DNA of 64,000 nucleotides from the human T2T-CHM13v2.0 reference genome, Homo sapiens, in NCBI RefSeq assembly GCF_009914755.1, contig NC_060932.1. The stretch is one strand, 5' to 3'. The position numbers were made by a program, and so were the translations under genes. This document shows, one piece after another, positions 30,290-44,960 of the stretch. Every line of letters begins with the position of its first letter. Position 1 is the first letter of the stretch. Below the pieces are notes generated by a model, which was not told the DNA's origin, searched no databases, and saw nothing but the letters and a program-made list of their open reading frames with translations.

Positions 30290-31470
30290 TTAGACTTAAG
30301 AATCCTCTGTAAATAGCAACCTGGGGTGAGTGCTGCTTAATAATAGAAATGAATTACTTTGATGTATGTATGAATTAACTTCCGAGGTAGGGCTCCTCTG
30401 AATTGCATTCTGAACAAAAGCCCCTGTTATAGCATAATCTCTCCCTGCTTCTGCCTGACAACCTCCGCCCTGCTGCAGTGTTTTGCTGCATGCCATTAGC
30501 ATTCAGTATCAGATCTCCTGCAGACTGGGTCTCACATGCTGCAGTGGCCACTTTGAAATTTCAATTTGTTAAGAGGAATTGACTTTGGCTTGAAGAAGGT
30601 GACAGACCATGGGAGCTTTTAGCTAATTGCAGACATCACCCAATGTCTTGTTCTTAGCAGACAATAATTAGTGAAAACAAAGGTGAATGTTCATAGGCAT
30701 ATTCCTGCTTGCCCTTTACTTCAAACCCTGCGGCTATGAGGATAGATAAAAGGCTACAAATTCATAAGATATGGGATTGTACTTCTAGCCCGACATCTGG
30801 CCTTTTGCTTTGGGTTCCTGCAAGCTTAAGCTTTATGATCCATTACCACCCACCACACACACTCCTTTATTTTCAGTACTTATAAAGCAGAATTTGTGAA
30901 AGAGCCTTTGATGTTAATAAGCCTGGGTCTAAATAGCATAAAGCTAAGTAACTCTAGGTAATTTGATTATTATAGATTAATCAGCTGAAACTGAACATTC
31001 AACTATAGATGCCTATAGTTTATAGTTTATTCATCTGTCCCCATGATGCTGCAGATAAGCTCTCTGGAAGGTTTACTAGTTACAAATGCAGATGGCTTCT
31101 CTCTGTGCTCAGCTGAATCTGGAAACCCCAACAGGGGACTCTAATATCCAGCAAATATGCTATTCTTGACAATTAATTCCACCAAAGAATATGTTTTTTC
31201 CTTAGGTCCAGTGGGATTTACTGTCTTTTACAAACATTGCTTTTAAGGAGAATAGCCCCCTCTCAAAGTGAGCAGATGCAGTTCTAATTTATTATGCTGG
31301 TATTAATTTGATCATCTAACAATTTTTAAAGAGGTACCCAGATGCTTTTTAGAGCCTATTGAATATGTATGATTTAAAGATTAATTATGTTAATCCAGGC
31401 CAATTGGTCACCTCCCCACATGTGATTAACAGTATGTGGGCCTAACGGGAGATCCGTTATTAGATTATTT
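30290..31470. promoter_or_regulatory. Candidate enhancer with clustered homeodomain motifs
   Basis: No recognisable repeats. TAATTG 30624, TAATTA 30665 and 31382, GATTAATC 30975, TAATCC 31391. Confidence 0.35.
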
Positions 31471-34074
31471 CTTTGTAAAGACGAAAGGAAAGGAGACGGA
31501 TGATGGATTTGTAGGGCTCTCTAGAGAAAACATGCAATGGCCTGAAAGCATTTACAGGCCATGAAGTTAGGAAGCTTTCTGTAAAAGCCCATCAAGTTCT
31601 CTTCTTACCCAGGCAGTCAAAAGCCTCTTTGTTCTGAGCATGGTAAATTACAGTCCCTGATAGGATGAAGCAAATGCCTGTCTTGCTGGCCAGTTCAACG
31701 TTCAACATGGGTCACCTCCCATGCCTGATGCCTCTGGCCCAGAAATGAGTTTCTTTTCAGTGGAGCTTATATTTTTCTTTCATATTTCTGACCATCCTAA
31801 GGGAAAGTAATGAAACACCTCCAGTAATGGGGTGCCATTCTCACGTGATCAATATCTCCGGGCAGAATTAGGCTAATGGACTTGAACAAATCAATTGCCT
31901 CCATTACTCTGAAGCACAGCATTCCCCAGCTTGTTGTAAGTTCTCCTCCTGGAAACTTTGTCTGCAGGCAGAATTGAGTGCCCTCTCTGGTTGAGTCATG
32001 TGGCTTCATCAGTGGCCCTGACGCCACTGCCAGCACTCACCCCTCTGCACTGGGCTGCATCCTGCCCCTTGTGAAAGGAGTTGCTAAGTCTTCTTTGCTA
32101 GGGGTTTTCAAATGGACCAGAGTTATCCATATGAGATGGTGTAAGTGGCTAGGAGGAAGCACCATGTCTAGAGGGCCTCACCTGATAGAGGTATTTTTTG
32201 TGGTTGTCTTTTTCCTGGATGCTACTGCAGTATTTCCTTTTATTCAGATGAATTGGATAGAACAATGACTTTGGTCCCCATTTTTTGAATGGGGAATCTG
32301 AAAGTGAGACAGCAGACCCAAGGGTTGGTCTTGTGTCCACTGATGCAGTGAGAGGGGGCTACCCCTGCTCATTCCTAAAGGCTAGGAAGGAGAACCCTGC
32401 TCAAACATCTATAAGCTGAAGTGTGCTCTCTCTGTTTCCTGGAGGTGGACAATTTCCATGAAGGAATCACAGTGCCAGAAAGCCCCTGCCTTCCCCATTC
32501 TGCCTGGCTAACTTGAGAAACATGTTGTGTTATGTCTGTGTCCAAGGACCTAACCCATGATATTGAAATTATTTGTTCAAGAGTCTTCTCTCAGTAAACA
32601 ATAAGATGTAAAACCACAAAACCAGCTATTAGTAAATATTTGCTAAGTGGCATGCAAGTATAACCTAGAAACTGGTCTTTTTAAAAAATGCTCAGTGCTA
32701 AAGAATTGAAATCAAAATACACTTCTTTTACAACCTTGCATCTGACGGCTTTGGTTTTTTTGCACGGGTTATGACAGCTCTCTTATCTGCAATGTTTAAC
32801 CTATTTTAATAAATGGTTTGACTACCTGGTGCTGAGGCTTTTCATCATAGGAAGCATTTTTATAGATCATATGATAAACAGGGAAGCGGGTGAGAATCAC
32901 TAAAAACACTCATCATTTTCTTGAAGAAAAGATTTAATGTGGATACTTAGGAAAAATAATACTATGATGTTGAGCACCACTGCACTGTCAGGCAGTGGAA
33001 ATTAAAAATTACTGGAGATTGTGATGTTATTGAAACCATTCCTGGCCACCTTCAATAGTAGAATCTTAATTAGGGTAAGTAGAAAGTGACACATGAGGAG
33101 AGGTTACCATCTGTGGGGAAAGAGTGATAAGAGAGGAAGGAATGGAAAGAACAGTAGAGAATTCTAAGGATTCCTTGAATGAGTCAGCTGTTGGCCTGAA
33201 CAGTCTTTTCCATGCTGCTGTAGTAGAATCCGGTCTCTCCAATGCCCCTGGTTTTCAGTACAGATGCACTGTTGGGTATTGTGTATGTGTGTGCTTGCAC
33301 ATGTGTGCACATGTTCAGAGATATCAGGAGAATCATAATAGCAAATCAATGAACTTTCATGTATTAAAAGTTCAATCCCCAGGAATGACTCATTTCTTTC
33401 CAAAGAACCTTCTCTTCATGATTGATAGGTAGTCAATTCCTGTCGGCTAATGCATGCATTCCCCTGAGGTCCAAGAAGATAAAAAGATTCTGTCTAAGGA
33501 AGGACATGACAATAGCTTTTTCATGGTTACATGCAGAGGGAAGATAGAAGTGCAATTTGGGCATGGTGAAAGGTGGGAAGTGGAAGAACTCAAATCGTAG
33601 AGGATTAAATTAGTCAGAAGACTGTGTTAGTCCACACTCTGCTGTTAGCTGACTATAAAACCTTGGGCAAAATACTTCCTGTTTGTGAGCCTCAGTTTCC
33701 TCCTCTAACAAAGGATTAGACAACATGATATTTAATATCCCTTTGAGGTACATGATCTTAGAGCTACAATGCATGTCCTCTCATGAATTTTGAGCTACAA
33801 TTTTCTAATAGAATTTCTTCTAAGTTATAGTCAGCTATATCATTCATTCATCATTTGTTCCTTCACCAAACTCATATTTATTGAACACCTATCCTAGGCC
33901 ATACCCTGTCATATCTCCACATTATAATCTCCCTGAAAGCAGTTTGCCTTCATATTTTTTACTGTCTAATCTAGTGTCACTGGATGTTCAGTAAGTATTT
34001 GCTGGATTGAGTTGAATGTCTTTCCATCAAAACCAAAGCTTAGGTAGGCTATCTGAGTGCCTTCATACCTTGTT

Positions 34075-34268
34075 GTATTGAGAATAGCACAGGTCTTTAG
34101 AGCCAGACAGACCAGAGTTCTAATCTCAACTCTGTCACTGACCAGCTGTGAAACCTTGGGCAAGTTACCCAACTATAAAGTGCCTCATTGTTTTCTCCAT
34201 TGTAAAATGGGAACAGTAATGCCTATCTCATAGGGTAGTTGTTGGGATTCAGTAAGAACATCCATGTA
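34075..34268. mobile_element. MIR fragment
   Basis: CTGTGAAACCTTGGGCAAGTTAC...TGTAAAATGGGAACAGTAAT. Confidence 0.7.
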
Positions 34269-34584
<316 letters not shown>

Positions 34585-34872
34585 TCAAAGTGGTTGAAAC
34601 ATAGTAGGCTTAGTCAATGGTGGTGATTATTTTTCCCTAAATCCATCCAGGTTTCTGGAGGTCCACTTTATCATCACTGCATTTACCTTGTATCTTTCCT
34701 CTGGACGAATGCTCTCTGGTGCTCTGAAGGGTTAGCCTCACTCTTAGAAGCTAACTCAATGAGAAAATCGGCCTACAAGGGTTCACTGGTAACATGAAAA
34801 TGCATCACAATGTAGCAGAAAGGCACCAGCCTGGGAGTCAAATGACTGGAGTGAAACCCAGATAAGCCACTG

Positions 34873-35194
34873 TTTTTCTGTTTTTGTTTTTGTTTTGTTT
34901 TGTTTTGTTTTGAGACAGAGTTTCGCTCTTTGTTGCCCAGGCTGGAGTCCAATGGCACGATCTTGGCTCACTGCAACCTCCGCCTCCTAGGTTCAAGCGA
35001 TTCTCCTGCCTCAGCCTCCTGAGTAGCTAGGAATACAGGCATGCACAACCACACCCGGCTAATTTTGTATTTTTAGTAGAAATGGGGTTTCACCATGTTG
35101 GTCAGGCTGGTCTCGAACTCCCGACCTCAGGTGATCCGCCCGCCACAGCCTCCCAAAGTGCTGGTATTACAGGTGTGAGCCGCTGCACCCAGCC
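34873..35194 (-). mobile_element. AluSp/Sq-like with (TTTTG)n tail
   Basis: GAGTTTCGCTCTT...CCCGACCTCAGG. TSD AGCCACTGTT. Confidence 0.94.
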
Positions 35195-36282
35195 GAGCCA
35201 CTGTTAACAAGCTATTAGCAAGTTACTTAAGCCTCTCTGAAACTCGGTTTTATTGCCTAAAAATACTAGGATAAAATCCATCTTCCCGTATTCACATTCA
35301 CTTTTCATTCAACAAGTGTTTATTATAAGTCTTCTCTGAGTGGCAGGCATTTAGGGTGCAGATAAGAAATGGGTGATCACTGTGCCTTTTGACCTCATCA
35401 CCTAGGGATATGCAAGGACCAAACCAAACAAGATGTTACATGGTCAATGCCTGGCACATACTCTGTGTCTGATAGATGCCCTCAAATGCCTTCTGCTGAA
35501 TGGAGCAGGCCTTTCAGGTCAATCCATCTCTCATTCTTCCCTGGCCCCTTGATGCCAGAAGATGAACTTAACTTGCCTCCTATGAGGCCTAGCAAGGGAA
35601 AGAACAGCACAGAGTAAGGACTCCCTCAGCTTTCTATCTATTATTGTTAGCCTCTTCAGTTTCAAGCCACTTACATTATCTCATAGGTCAAATGATAGGG
35701 GAAAGCTCATAATTCACATGATAGAGAAATTTCATGGAAACCCAGGAAAGCCAAGTGGCTTAGTTTAGTCAGGTCAAGAATTGTGTCAAATCTGGGCTGC
35801 AGGAAAAACAGAAGCTGCAGAGATAGGCTCTGAACCTTCCTTCCCAGGCTGGGACAGTGGGCAGGTAGCTTTTTGGCAAAGAGAAGCACCTGAGATCTCC
35901 AGATGTGGCTCAACACTGTCCTGTTTGGTAGGTGGGAATGGGAGGACAGGGGTTGTACAGTGTTGACTTTTTAAAACATACTGATCATACTAATTGATAT
36001 TGCATATGTACCTTGGTAACTTCCAATCTCCTTAAAGATAATCAAATCCTGATCCTCCAAGTTGCAAATGCTGAACTTTATAGGGAGTAGAGGTGGGCCT
36101 GGACCTCAGAGCCCCTCCCTCTGTCACCTGAGACTTGTTTACTCTCGAGGCTTTCTCCCTAATTATCAATCTTGAAGATTGGTGCAAACCCCATACATTC
36201 CACCTGAACATAATATACTTCCCAGAGAATCAATAAATATTTAGTTTTCCTATCAATTAAGTTTGGAGGATAAAACAGATGA

Positions 36283-37326
36283 TTTTTTTTAACTTTTTTT
36301 TTTAGGTTTGGGGGTACATGTGCAGGTTTGTTACATGGGTAAGTTGCATGTTGCTAGGAGTTGGTGTACAAATGATTTCGTCACCCAGGTAGGGAGAAAA
36401 GTACACAACAGGTAGTTTTTCAACCCTCAGTCTCCTCCCACCGTACTTGAGGGTGGAGGCCCCAGTGCCTATAGTTCTCCTCTTTGTGTCCATGTGTACT
36501 CAATGTTTAGCTCCACTTATAAGCAAGAATATGTGATGTTTGGTTTTCTATGCCTGTGTTAGTATGCTTAGGATTATGGCCTCTAGCTCCATCCGTGTGG
36601 CATGATTTTGTTCTTTTTATGGCTACATAATATTCCATGGTGTATATGTACTACATTTTTCTATCTGGTCCACCATTAATGATCAGCTGGGTTGATTCCA
36701 CATCTTTGCTATTGTGACGGACTGGGATGAACATAAAAGTGCATAATTTGTTTGTTTGTTTGTTTGTTTTTTGTAGAACAATTTATTTTCCTTTCCAGTA
36801 ATGGGATTGTTGGGTCAAATGGTAGTTCTGTTTTAAGTTCTTTGAGAAATCTCCAGACTGCTTTCCACAGTGGCTGAACTATTTTATATTCCTACCAGCA
36901 GTGTATAAGCATTCCCTTTTCTCCACAACCTTGCCAACATCTGTTATTTTTTGACTTTTTAGTAATAGCCATTCTGACTGGTGCAAGATGGTATCTCATT
37001 GTGGATTTGATTTGCGTTTCTCTGATGATTAGTGATGTTGAGCATTTAAAAAATATGTTTGGTGACTGTTTATTTGTCTTCTATTGAGAAGTGTCTGTTC
37101 GTGTCCTTGGCCCATTTTTAAATGGAGCCGTTTATTTTTTCCTTGTTAATTTGTGTAAGTTCCTTATAGGTTCTGGATATTAGAGCTTTTCCAGATGCAT
37201 AGTTTGCAAATATTTTCTTCCATTCTGTAGGTTGTCTGTTTACTCTGTTGATAGCTTCTTTTGCTGTGCAGAAGCTTTTTAGTTTAATTAGGTTCTAGTT
37301 GTCTATTTTTGTTTTTCTTGCAATTG
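36283..37326 (-). mobile_element. Older L1PA (about PA13-16) 3' fragment
   Basis: GGGGTACATGTGCAGGTTTGTTACATGGGTA 3' UTR. Homologous to the L1HS 3' region in this window. Confidence 0.9.
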
Positions 37327-37929
37327 TAAAGCAGAGTACCCTTATATGAGTCCAAAAATCTCTGGAAATTCTAGTTTTTATTGACTTTAGGGAACACTGT
37401 AAATTATAACCTCAGTGTTCAGATTCAACTGACCACATTCATCAGCCTCATTTGACACAAAATCCTATACTTCAAGAGACAGGACAACATTTCAATTGCT
37501 CTCCCAGCATCAATCTTTCTACTTTGAGTGTTTTGGGCCTAAAATAAGAATTTATTTAAATTCTAGCCCATTTAAATTCTAAAGAAACAGGATTTGAAGG
37601 TTATTCTATAATTTATTTATATTATACAGTAAAAAATTTATACCCTATTCTGGATCCAAAACTAAAGGTTTTGAGTGGTAAATAAGTATTTATGTTCAAA
37701 TTTTTTTCCGAGGAAGAAACTAGTTAATATACCACAGCTTCTTATATAGCATCTCATTTCCTCCCAAGGAATCATTTTACTAAAAATGTTTTTCTATAGT
37801 GGTATATCAGTGCACCTTATGTTTCATTAAAATGTTTAAACTTCATGTCTTATAATACTATTATTCAAACACATTTTAGATTTACTCCTTATCTGCTCTT
37901 TTCTTCTTCTTCTTTAATCATGCAATTCT

Positions 37930-38288
<359 letters not shown>

Positions 38289-38395
38289 TCAAATTTTATC
38301 TTCAGGTCATCTTTTCATGGGTACACCAAAGCAAAAAGTCTTTTTTCCCATCCAGCTTCCCAAATCATTTGTATTTGATTAAAAATACCTTTTAA

Positions 38396-38598
38396 GGCTG
38401 GGCACAGCGGCTTACACCTGTAGTCCCAGTGATTTGGGAGGCCAATGCAGGAGGATCACTTGAGCTCAGGGGTTAGAGGATTCAGTGAGCTCTGATAGAA
38501 CCATTGCACCCCAGCCTGGGTGACAGAGTGAGACCTTGTCTCTAAAAAAGTATAATATAACATAATATAATATAAATAGATAAATAAATAAACTAAAA
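38396..38598 (+). mobile_element. Alu monomer (FRAM-like)
   Basis: Single right-arm-type monomer. TSD AAAAATA(C/T)CTTTTAA. Confidence 0.85.
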
Positions 38599-39746
38599 AT
38601 ATCTTTTAAGCCCTCTTTCTCCCCTAGATTCAATGGAAATCTTTGCCTCTTCCAGTTCAATCTGGACATCAAGTTCCTGATACCCTCTCTTGATCCTCAA
38701 AATGATAAATTTTTTTCTTTTTTATGAGTTCCACCACCCATCACCTGCCACAGAGTCCTCGAATAAGAAAGTCAACTATTGTATAAAATAGAAAACACTG
38801 GGTCAGAAATGAAAGGACCCAACTTCCAATCTACCATCTGTCATTTGCAAGCTGTTAGAAGTTTCACAAATTACACAGTCTCTCTGAGCCAGAACTTCCT
38901 TATGTATAAAAGAGGGGTAAACATTCTTCCTTGCAGGTTTTTGACACCTGGAAAAAAATCCTACATGAGGCATAAAAGCACCCACTATAGTTCTGGGAAC
39001 ACAGCAAAGGGTCAGAAAGTTGACTGACATTGAACGTAAGCACAATTGCATTTAGGACTCACGTGTCTGTGGCAATAACTTTCTAACAGATAGGACTTCT
39101 TTTCCTTTTTAATAGCTCCTGCACTACAATACCAGATTAATCAGCTAAAAGCATCACTGTCATCATGCCACCCTTGGCTTAAGGACATATGTAAGAAAAG
39201 CATAAGAATCCTCACTCTGCCATTCAGGGTCCTCTGTGACCTCGAGACTGCACGGAATTTCACCTCCAACCTGGCTAGTCTTCTCGCCACCCCTGGTTTT
39301 CCCTACCCTGATCCTTCCCATCTTCTTGCCCTTTACCCTCATTTGTTGTTGAAAATCCTTTCCTCTCCAAGCCTTCCTCATTCTCCTATCTTGTTCATAA
39401 GCTTTGCAGCTAATTTTATCCAAATGTCTCTATAATCTCTTATCCTCCAAGAGCCCCACGTGCACACAGAACACACATATATTCTGTAGTGTATATTGAT
39501 ACACTTGGTACATATATTTGGTACTGTATATTTTGTACACACACATTAATCAATTAAATATATTCAATTTATTAATGAAAATATAATATGGCATGTGTAC
39601 CTCTTTGTTCATTTGTTAGGGGTGAAAACTGTATCACCCCCAAAAAAGCTCTGAGCTACCTGAAGGCAAGAGCTATGCCACTGTCTAGCACAGGCTAATT
39701 AAAACACACTTTCTAAAATATACATATGCCCCCATCACCTACTAGA

Positions 39747-40026
39747 CTTTTTTTTTTTTTTTTGAGACAGAGTCTCATTCTGTCACCCAGGCTGGAATGC
39801 AGTGGCAAAATCATGGTGTGCTGCGGCCTCAACCTCCTGGGCTCAGCAATTATCCCACCTCAGCCTCTCAAGTAGCTGGGATCACAAGTGTACACCACCA
39901 CACCCAGTTAATTTTTAAAATTTTTTATATTGCCCATGCTGGTCTTGAACTCCTGGCTTCAAGCAACCGTCCTGCCTCAGCCTCTCAAAGTATTTGGATT
40001 ACAGGCATGAACAAGCACACCCAGCC
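39747..40026 (-). mobile_element. AluJ
   Basis: Antisense diverged Alu. Confidence 0.9.
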
Positions 40027-41944
40027 TACTATGCTTTTTGAGAACCAATCTCTTCCTTTATTCAGCAATCACAATACCTTTTTGTGCTTCTATCACATAT
40101 ACTCCCTAACCTCTAAGAGTTCATAGCCTGAGAAAAGCAGGTAATTAGAGTAAATGGAGGTGCACTAGTACTGAATGCCTAATAGTAGAAATAACAACAC
40201 TTCTACTGGTAACTCTCATTTATTGAGTGGCTACTACACGCCAGGCACTGTAGCACCTGTAACTGTGACAGAAACTTGAGTGCAGGTTATTTCATTTCAT
40301 CCTCTAAAAAAAAAACAAAAAACAAAAAACTATCAACTGCTAGACTGGGTGTGATCCTCATTTTATGCAAGCTCAGAGCAGTAAAGGGAACTGTCCAAGG
40401 TCATGGGGCTGGTAAGAAGCTGAATTGGAACCTGACACCACGCCTGCCTGCACCTAAAAGGTTTTCACCACTCTGCAGAATGTTATATTCATACCCAGGC
40501 ACGCTTTTCTCTTTCTTCAAGGGGCGTATGTGCCATCCCTCTGCCTTCTGGATGCATCTTCCCCTTCCTAGGTGGCTCTTTCTCATTCTTTCCTAAGGCC
40601 TTTCTTCCTCTGAGAGCAGGGGCCTGCTATCTCCTCTCCAGATCTGTCACAGGCCAGCCTTCTGCACTTGCTGCAAGCTGATGCCCAGCCAGCTCTGCCT
40701 CTCCTCTCTGCCGATGCTCCTGACGCAGACAACTGCAGTGACTACGCCCTTCCTCAGCCCCCACACTCCTCAAAAAGTGCTTTTCTGGGTTTCCACGACT
40801 GCCTCCCTTCCTCCCCAAAACGATTCTCCATCCGAGGAATATTTGAAACAGCTGCTGCCCGTCCTAATGTGCCAGGGCTGAGATTGCTGCTGGAACTTCC
40901 CAGGGCTGCTGCAGTAACCCCGCCCCACTCCTGGGAAGAAGATTCTAGGCAAGTGACCGCTTCCACCCTCTTTATGGCCCTGGTCTGGGGTCAGAAAGGA
41001 AGAGGACTGGTATGCATTGAATTCTTCTTGGGTGCCTGGCAACTTCTAGCACATGTGTGCATGTTGTTTCATTTAAGTCTTCACAATAATTTGGCCAGAG
41101 GAGTATTACTACCCTTGTTTTTGCATGAGAGGGAACTGGGCTCAGAGAAATTAGGGGACTGGCTAAACTCATACAGCAGGGCAGGGGATCAGAAGCCCAG
41201 TGCACCTGCCCTGTCTCATAGCGTCTTTTTATTGGGGCACACTGTGGTTATATATTGAGCCCAACTGGCAAAACTATGCAGTAGGTGAAGTGAAAGTTGA
41301 ACTCAGCATCCTTCACCTCTCCCTTGTGTGAGCCTCTCTGGCCTCTCTTCTATCAAATCACCCCATGTTGGGCACTGTGCAAGCACTTTATGCTTATTAT
41401 CTCATTTGGTTCCCCAAACAGTGCTGCCAGCATATGTGTTATCCTTAACTCCATTTTACAGATGAGTTAACTGAGGCATCCAGGGGCTTCGTGCATGCCC
41501 AGGCCACACAGTGAATACATGCAGAGCTACACTCTTATTCTCGGTAACTGTACTTAAAAAAAAAAAAAAATCAGCATTCCTCTCCCAGGCACTCAGTGAC
41601 AAGGGTCCCCTGAGGTGATCTATAATCTCTAATCTTCCAGCTTCTTGGCACTGTAAAGGAATTGAAAACTAACATAGCCAAGTCAAGAATGCTTTTTGTC
41701 CTTCCCTTTTTCTCTCCTAAATTCATCTTTTTTCTTTCTTCTTCTCAATTTTGAAGCCCTCCTTACTAAAGTCAGGGGCAAGGGGTGCTGCAGAAAGTCT
41801 ACATTTATGCTCACTAACTGGGGAGGAAACACTGAAGTATTTATTTTTGTTTTCAGAGGAAAATATAGGTAAAGGCTGTCCTTGCATTGTGAATGTCCAG
41901 CCCAGGGGAATACTTGGCACATGGTAAATGCTCGAATATATTGT

Positions 41945-41997
41945 ATGAATGAATGAAGATAATGAATGAATGAATGAATGAATGAATGAATGAATGA
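41945..41997. repeat. (GAAT)n microsatellite, probably an L2 tail
   Basis: Directly visible; preceded by L2-like TGGCACATGGTAAATGCTC. Confidence 0.9.
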
Positions 41998-42364
41998 AGA
42001 TAAAAAGGGAATAGGATCCAGTTCCTGGTAAGTACATGAATAAAAAATTAAAAGTAATAATTAAAAAGGGAATAGAAAAAAATCAGTACTCTCATAGCAA
42101 ACAAATCAGACTTAGATGGTAATATCTGAGGACAGCAGGAGGATTCATTTGCATACATTATTTACCTCCATCTGGAATATCCACTCTTGAACTTGCCTGC
42201 AGAAAGGCCTTCTACTCTTCGGGTAACATCTCAAATGCTAACTTTAAAAAAATCTTCTTCAGTTGGATGTAATTTCTCTCCTCCTTGGCATCTCATAGGA
42301 CTTTAATTTCTCCTGGCATTTACTCTCTTCTACCTCAAAGTCTATTTATTCATATGGAGACAGG

Positions 42365-42632
42365 ATTCCATAGTGTTAAGTAGATTCTAGTTTGCTGCCA
42401 GGTTCCCCGAGTTTGAATCCCAATTTGGCACTTGCTAGCTGTGTGACCTTGAGCAAATTACTTAACCTCTCTGTGCTTCATTCACCTTGTCTGCAAGATG
42501 GGAATAATACTAATCCTTCTTATATGTGGTTATTATGAGGATTTAATGAGTTAATATACTAATATACAAGTTAATTTCATCCTTAAAACAGGTCTAGCCG
42601 CACAGTCAGCACTACATAAATGCTGGCCATTA
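42365..42632. mobile_element. MIR
   Basis: TAGCTGTGTGACCTTGAGCAAATTACTTAACCTCTCTGTGCTTCA. Confidence 0.8.
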
Positions 42633-43780
42633 TTGTGGATCTGTCTGGCTGGAAGGCAGTAACAGCATCTTACTCAGTTTAATGTTTCCTTTAGTTCTGA
42701 CCACAGGGCTCTGGACAGAGGTTTATTGACCATCCTAATTGTATTTGGGCTTTAAGAAAACACATGTCCTTAATCAGAGTGCCTGGAACCTGACCCACTT
42801 TGGGTCTGTGACTTCCTAGCCCCTCTTCCAGGAGCTAAGCTCTCTGTTCTTCTCAGAGGGAGCAGCAGGCAGCTCCTCCACCAGGAGGAGCTCAATGCCC
42901 TCAAACCCAGACCCTGCAAAGCCTCAAACCCAGACCCTGCAAAGCCTCGCCTCCATGCCACCACCTGTGCCCTCCCTAACCTCCTTCTGCACTAAAGTTT
43001 CTGCTGTTTCCCAATATGCCGGGCTCTCTTTCCACTTTTCACCTTGAATATGTATGCCCTTCCCTCTGTCTTGTTGAATCTCTGTAAGGTTCAACACCTG
43101 CCTTTCCCACCTACCCAGTGTCCACAAAAGCATATATGCTTAGACTACGCATGTAACACCAGCTGCTGTCCTGCTTGGCTCCTTGCTTCTTGTAAAGAGT
43201 CCACATCAGTAAATGTAGACCTGCTTCTATCAAATTCCACTGCATAAATAGACTGTCTTTATTTAACTACTGAGAGATAGAAAAACAGTTTCCAGGCTTT
43301 TGTTTCTTTTACAATAGAAGTACCCCCAGGAAGAATAACTCCTTAAGTTCCTGATGCTTTACTGTGAACAGGTTTACCAGATGCTCTGAATGCAGACAGC
43401 AGGTAGGTTGAGCTTAGGGCAGCCTGAGAGGAAGAGGCCTGTGAGGATAAAGAGGCCTGCCCAAGACTCTCTTAGGATGCAGGTTGTGCAAAAACGCAGG
43501 ATCTCACTACCCCTTTTACAGATAACTTCACTGGGACCCAGTGGTCACTGGCGCAGGGAATACAGTCCTTGGCAGAGATTCTCAGAAAGTTTAAAATGAG
43601 CTCGAATACGCAGGTGGGAAGCTGAAAGGCATTTCCCCCTGGAAATATGACTGAGTTTTCAACAGTCACAAATCTAAGAATTCCAAGAAGAAATGTAACC
43701 TAAAAATACCGTCTTTCTGCCCTATACACTTTACAGCCCTGGAGGTTGGGATCCTCCTGAGATCTGAGGGTACCCCTTAC

Positions 43781-44066
43781 TGAAAACCAGCCCTTTTTCC
43801 CATGGTGCCAGAGCCTGCCCAGGCACAGCCAAAGATGGAGTTTGGCTGGAGGGAATTCAGCACTGCGACTTTAACAGGGCGTGCCAGTCCACTGCTGCAG
43901 TCTCTACTGCAGTGAGCTCTGGGCGGCAGCAGCCCCAGGCTGGGCGGAGGCTGTCCAGTGCCTGGGCTGAAACCAGTGCCCTGAGGTGCCACCCCTACAG
44001 AGACCAACCACCAGGGCCACCCGTGAGCTACTTGGCTTCGGTGATGATACCATGAGCTCCTGGTAT
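43781..44066 (-). other. Candidate non-coding exon (286 nt)
   Basis: Minus-strand acceptor TTGTCTCTTGTGTATTAATCTGTAG|A, donor TTCA|GTAAGG, GC-rich interior. No recognisable protein. Confidence 0.3.
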
Positions 44067-44289
44067 CTACAGATTAATACACAAGAGACAAACAGCACAA
44101 ACTGCTTTTTTAAAACAAGTCTCCCAACAGACGTTCAATAATTCATTAGAGACAAAGCACTTAATGGGGAACAAGTAATTTCTAAAGCTTAGGTCAGAGA
44201 TGCTTTCAGTTACACACAACATTGGGCTTTTACAGAATTTTCAAGCTTAAGCCCTGAATGCAGATGGGTTGTCTTTTTTTTTTTTTTTT

Positions 44290-44960
44290 TTCACTTTTCG
44301 CATTTTTCACACTTTGGGAAAATTTTTCTTCTCTAATTGTGCTGTTTGCGAGGGTTTATTTAACCTTGTTATAGCAAAAACTTCACTCATTTAAGGACTG
44401 TGACTCATCAAGAACATGAGACCACATGAGCCTGTTAGAAACAAGTTTTCGTTCACGGTCATGGCCGCGTCAGTGACACTCCTAGCAGAGTTTGTGTGCA
44501 ATTGGAGCGTTTGCCTTCATCCTCCCTTGATTAGACTTCCTCAAGTTCTTTATATAAGATTTTCCCCCTTTTTCAAGAGCCTGCAGTTACATAAAGATAT
44601 ATAGAACACAGCACCAATTAAATGTCTTCCCTCTCCTCTTAAACTTCCCACCTTCCAGATCTTACTAACAAAGATGACAAACCCAATTAGGTGGTTTAAA
44701 ATAGCAGGTCTCTGTGATAGCCCCATGGAGGCAGCTATATATTACTTTACAGCATCTTACACCCCGAGCGAAAGGTACAAAAAAGGAAACAAAGATATTA
44801 ATATGTTCCTGCTCCTGTTGGATCGTAATTTGGCTTGTTGAGCTAAATCGGATAGAAGAGCTGAATGTTCCAGCCCATTGCAGGATGCTCAATATATATT
44901 TCCCTCCCACTTATTCCTTTATGGGGGAAGCAAAGCACTAGGCAGAAAGGGAAAAAAGGT
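44290..44960. promoter_or_regulatory. Candidate enhancer/promoter
   Basis: Unique sequence with several retained CpGs, AP-1 TGACTCA at 44401-44407, and CAATTA/TAATT motifs. Confidence 0.35.

Noticed and set aside
40668-41258. 196-aa ORF
   Set aside because: Non-ATG start, no recognisable domain, and the 3' part runs through MIR-like sequence.
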